From: Rhizaria sp. SCN 62-66
Taxonomy: Eukaryota
Length of the DNA: 46,139 nt
Reading direction: 5' to 3'
Assembly (NCBI GenBank): GCA_001724265.1
Contig: MEDY01000245.1
Span: forward strand, 1 to 46,139
Shown here: positions 44,469 through 46,139 of the stretch, in pieces
Numbering within the stretch: the stretch's first letter is position 1
How the letters are laid out: the number at the start of each line of letters is the position of its first letter
Position numbers and translations under genes: made by a program
The notes under the pieces: model-generated
Database searches by the model: none
What the model saw: the letters and a program-made list of their open reading frames with translations, nothing else
Told to the model about the DNA's origin: nothing

Positions 44469-46139
44469 TTAGAACGCCGACTCAGCAGGCGAGTACCCCG
44501 TGAACTTAATCGTGTACTGCTTCACCGACCCGTCCTGGTCGCGCACGCGCACCACCGCCGCCGAAGCCTCCTCCAGCTTCCACAGCGTAATTCCCGTCGC
44601 CTCGCGGCCCGCAAAGCGCGCTGGCACCCTCTTAAGACCCATCTTATCGGAGAACTCCTCGATTACGCGGCGCACGCCGTGGAGGTCGCTGCGCAGCGAG
44701 CCCGGGAAGAGCGCCATCTTGCTGCTCTTGACGTCGCACGCCCCCGCGAGCGTGAGCATCATAATCGGGTCCTCCTGCGTCTGTCCGTTGGCGTTGCGGA
44801 AATGCGCGGGGCAGCTCAGCACAGACGTGCAAGGGTGCCACGCCGTGGGCGTGAGTGAGAGCGAGAAATCGAAGGCGTTGCTCTGTACAATGTAGACGTA
44901 GAAGTCGAACGGGTTGCGCGCGGTGTCCCGGTCGAACTTCGCGGTGTAATGCGTGCAGTCGCTCGCGTGGGTGTACTCGCAATTGCAGTCGCGGCCGCCG
45001 AACTCGTCGACGTCGACGTCAGCGTAGGCGACGTCATCCTTAGTCTGGTCCGCAGGCTGAGGAGCGCTCGGAATATTGTTGCTGACGTCATTCTTGGCGT
45101 CCTCCGACTTCGCCTCAGTCGCCGACGTCGCCTCAGTTGCAGCCCCCGCCTTGACCGTAGCCTTGGCAGCGGTGTAGTCAGCGTCTTCCCCCTTGTCACT
45201 CGCGACAGCCTCGTCAGACTCCGGGGCAGCGACCTCGGTCTCGCCCTGCGTCTTGTCGCCGTTGCTGTCGCCCTTGCCCGCCTGAGCGGCCTCGCCGACA
45301 TTCTTGTACACGGCAGCCGTGACGTCCCACTTCATCAGGGGCGGCGCGTTGTACTTAGTCTGCGTCGTCATGCTGCCGTAGTACCCCCGCTCATGCGCCT
45401 GCACCCACATCGCAGCCGCAGTCGGCAGCACCTTCGTGACGAGCTCGTGGTAGCCGACAACAACGTCCTCGCTCTTGTCGTCGGCATCGCTCTTCTTGAC
45501 GGGCGCTGCCTCAACAGCCGCTCCGGGGATCTGGCCCTGCTTGCCCTTGGCCTCGGCCTCCGCGGCAGTGACGGCGGCGTCGCTCTTGCGCAGCTCGGGC
45601 GTCTTGCGGTCCTTCTCCCACTCCGCCACAGGCGCCAGCGGAGAGACCCACGACGCCCAGCCGGCCTTGCTGATGTCAGCAACGGTGGCCACGCGACGGT
45701 CCAGCGCGGGCTCAAGCCCGAGCTTCTTAAACGCGCGCTCTGCGGCGTTGATCTCGCCCTTGCTGGCGTCCGTCTGCGGGCGCTGATACGTCTCTGGCGC
45801 CGTCATCACGTTGAGCGTGCGCTTGATCCGGTCAACGCTGTCGCCGTTAACGAGGTGGTCGTACACCTTGCCAATAAGGTTGCTCGCGGGGTAGCACCAG
45901 CCGGGGGCCGCGGAGGCCGTGGCGCGCCACAACGCCCGGTTCGCCAGCACGGGGCACGTGGTGCTGTCGGCGTCGTAGGCGGTCTGGGGCCAGTGCGCGG
46001 TGGCGGCGACCCAGGACTGGTACAGGAACAATGCCTGCGCGCGGTGGACACAACGATAAGATAAGCACAAAAGACAGGAAGAGTAATGAGAAAGTGAGCA
46101 TGGCAATACCGTGAAGCTAACCTGTTTCCGTTTGTCGTT
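44469..46139 (-). CDS. 5'-partial gene for an uncharacterised protein resembling a bacterial/phage hypothetical family (YQRPQ motif)
   Basis: Exon 46139-46122 (NDKRKQ), intron 46121-46035 (GTTAG..CAG, 87 nt), exon 46034-44469. Motifs LWRATASAAPGWCYP, PETYQRPQ, AERAFKKLGLEPALDRR, APPLMKWD, RNPFDFYVY, ALFPGSLRSDLHGVRRVIEEFS. Ends TAA. The family resemblance is from memory, not a search. Confidence 0.7.
   Translation of the reverse strand, partial: NDKRKQVSFTVLPCSLSHYSSCLLCLSYRCVHRAQALFLYQSWVAATAHWPQTAYDADSTTCPVLANRALWRATASAAPGWCYPASNLIGKVYDHLVNGDSVDRIKRTLNVMTAPETYQRPQTDASKGEINAAERAFKKLGLEPALDRRVATVADISKAGWASWVSPLAPVAEWEKDRKTPELRKSDAAVTAAEAEAKGKQGQIPGAAVEAAPVKKSDADDKSEDVVVGYHELVTKVLPTAAAMWVQAHERGYYGSMTTQTKYNAPPLMKWDVTAAVYKNVGEAAQAGKGDSNGDKTQGETEVAAPESDEAVASDKGEDADYTAAKATVKAGAATEATSATEAKSEDAKNDVSNNIPSAPQPADQTKDDVAYADVDVDEFGGRDCNCEYTHASDCTHYTAKFDRDTARNPFDFYVYIVQSNAFDFSLSLTPTAWHPCTSVLSCPAHFRNANGQTQEDPIMMLTLAGACDVKSSKMALFPGSLRSDLHGVRRVIEEFSDKMGLKRVPARFAGREATGITLWKLEEASAAVVRVRDQDGSVKQYTIKFTGYSPAESAF

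Noticed and set aside
1644-46064. Many long antisense/alternative-frame ORFs (e.g. 5108..6259 +, 9547..10296 +, 22230..23564 -, 31668..32867 -, 34969..36162 +, 44949..46064 +)
   Set aside because: Shadows of GC-rich, codon-biased genes on the other strand or frame; no recognisable motifs.

Overview
Gene-dense eukaryotic (protist-like) nuclear DNA. GC-rich coding regions with long Ala/Ser/Asn/Gln low-complexity stretches are separated by AT-rich spacers and a few short GT-AG introns (87-162 nt). Supported genes: a 5'-partial eIF4G-type MIF4G protein, a RecQ/WRN-like helicase, an ABP34-like Ca-regulated actin-bundling protein, a large YML020W-like alpha/beta-hydrolase, an ANTH/AP180-like clathrin adaptor, an ARM-repeat protein with a decayed tandem paralog, a CRT-like transporter, a myristoylated EF-hand protein, COMMD8, a large orphan coiled-coil protein, and an intron-containing gene resembling a bacterial/phage hypothetical family. 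Main observation: five in-frame TAG codons interrupt otherwise continuous reading frames in four genes (541, 8240, 24687, 25797, 42325). One sits inside a poly-CAG tract and all five are followed by C. The credible gene ends are TAA (10) or TGA (1), never TAG. This points to a variant nuclear code, or context-dependent recoding, in which UAG is a sense codon (most likely Gln) while UAA stays a stop. All domain assignments come from motif recognition by eye, not database searches.
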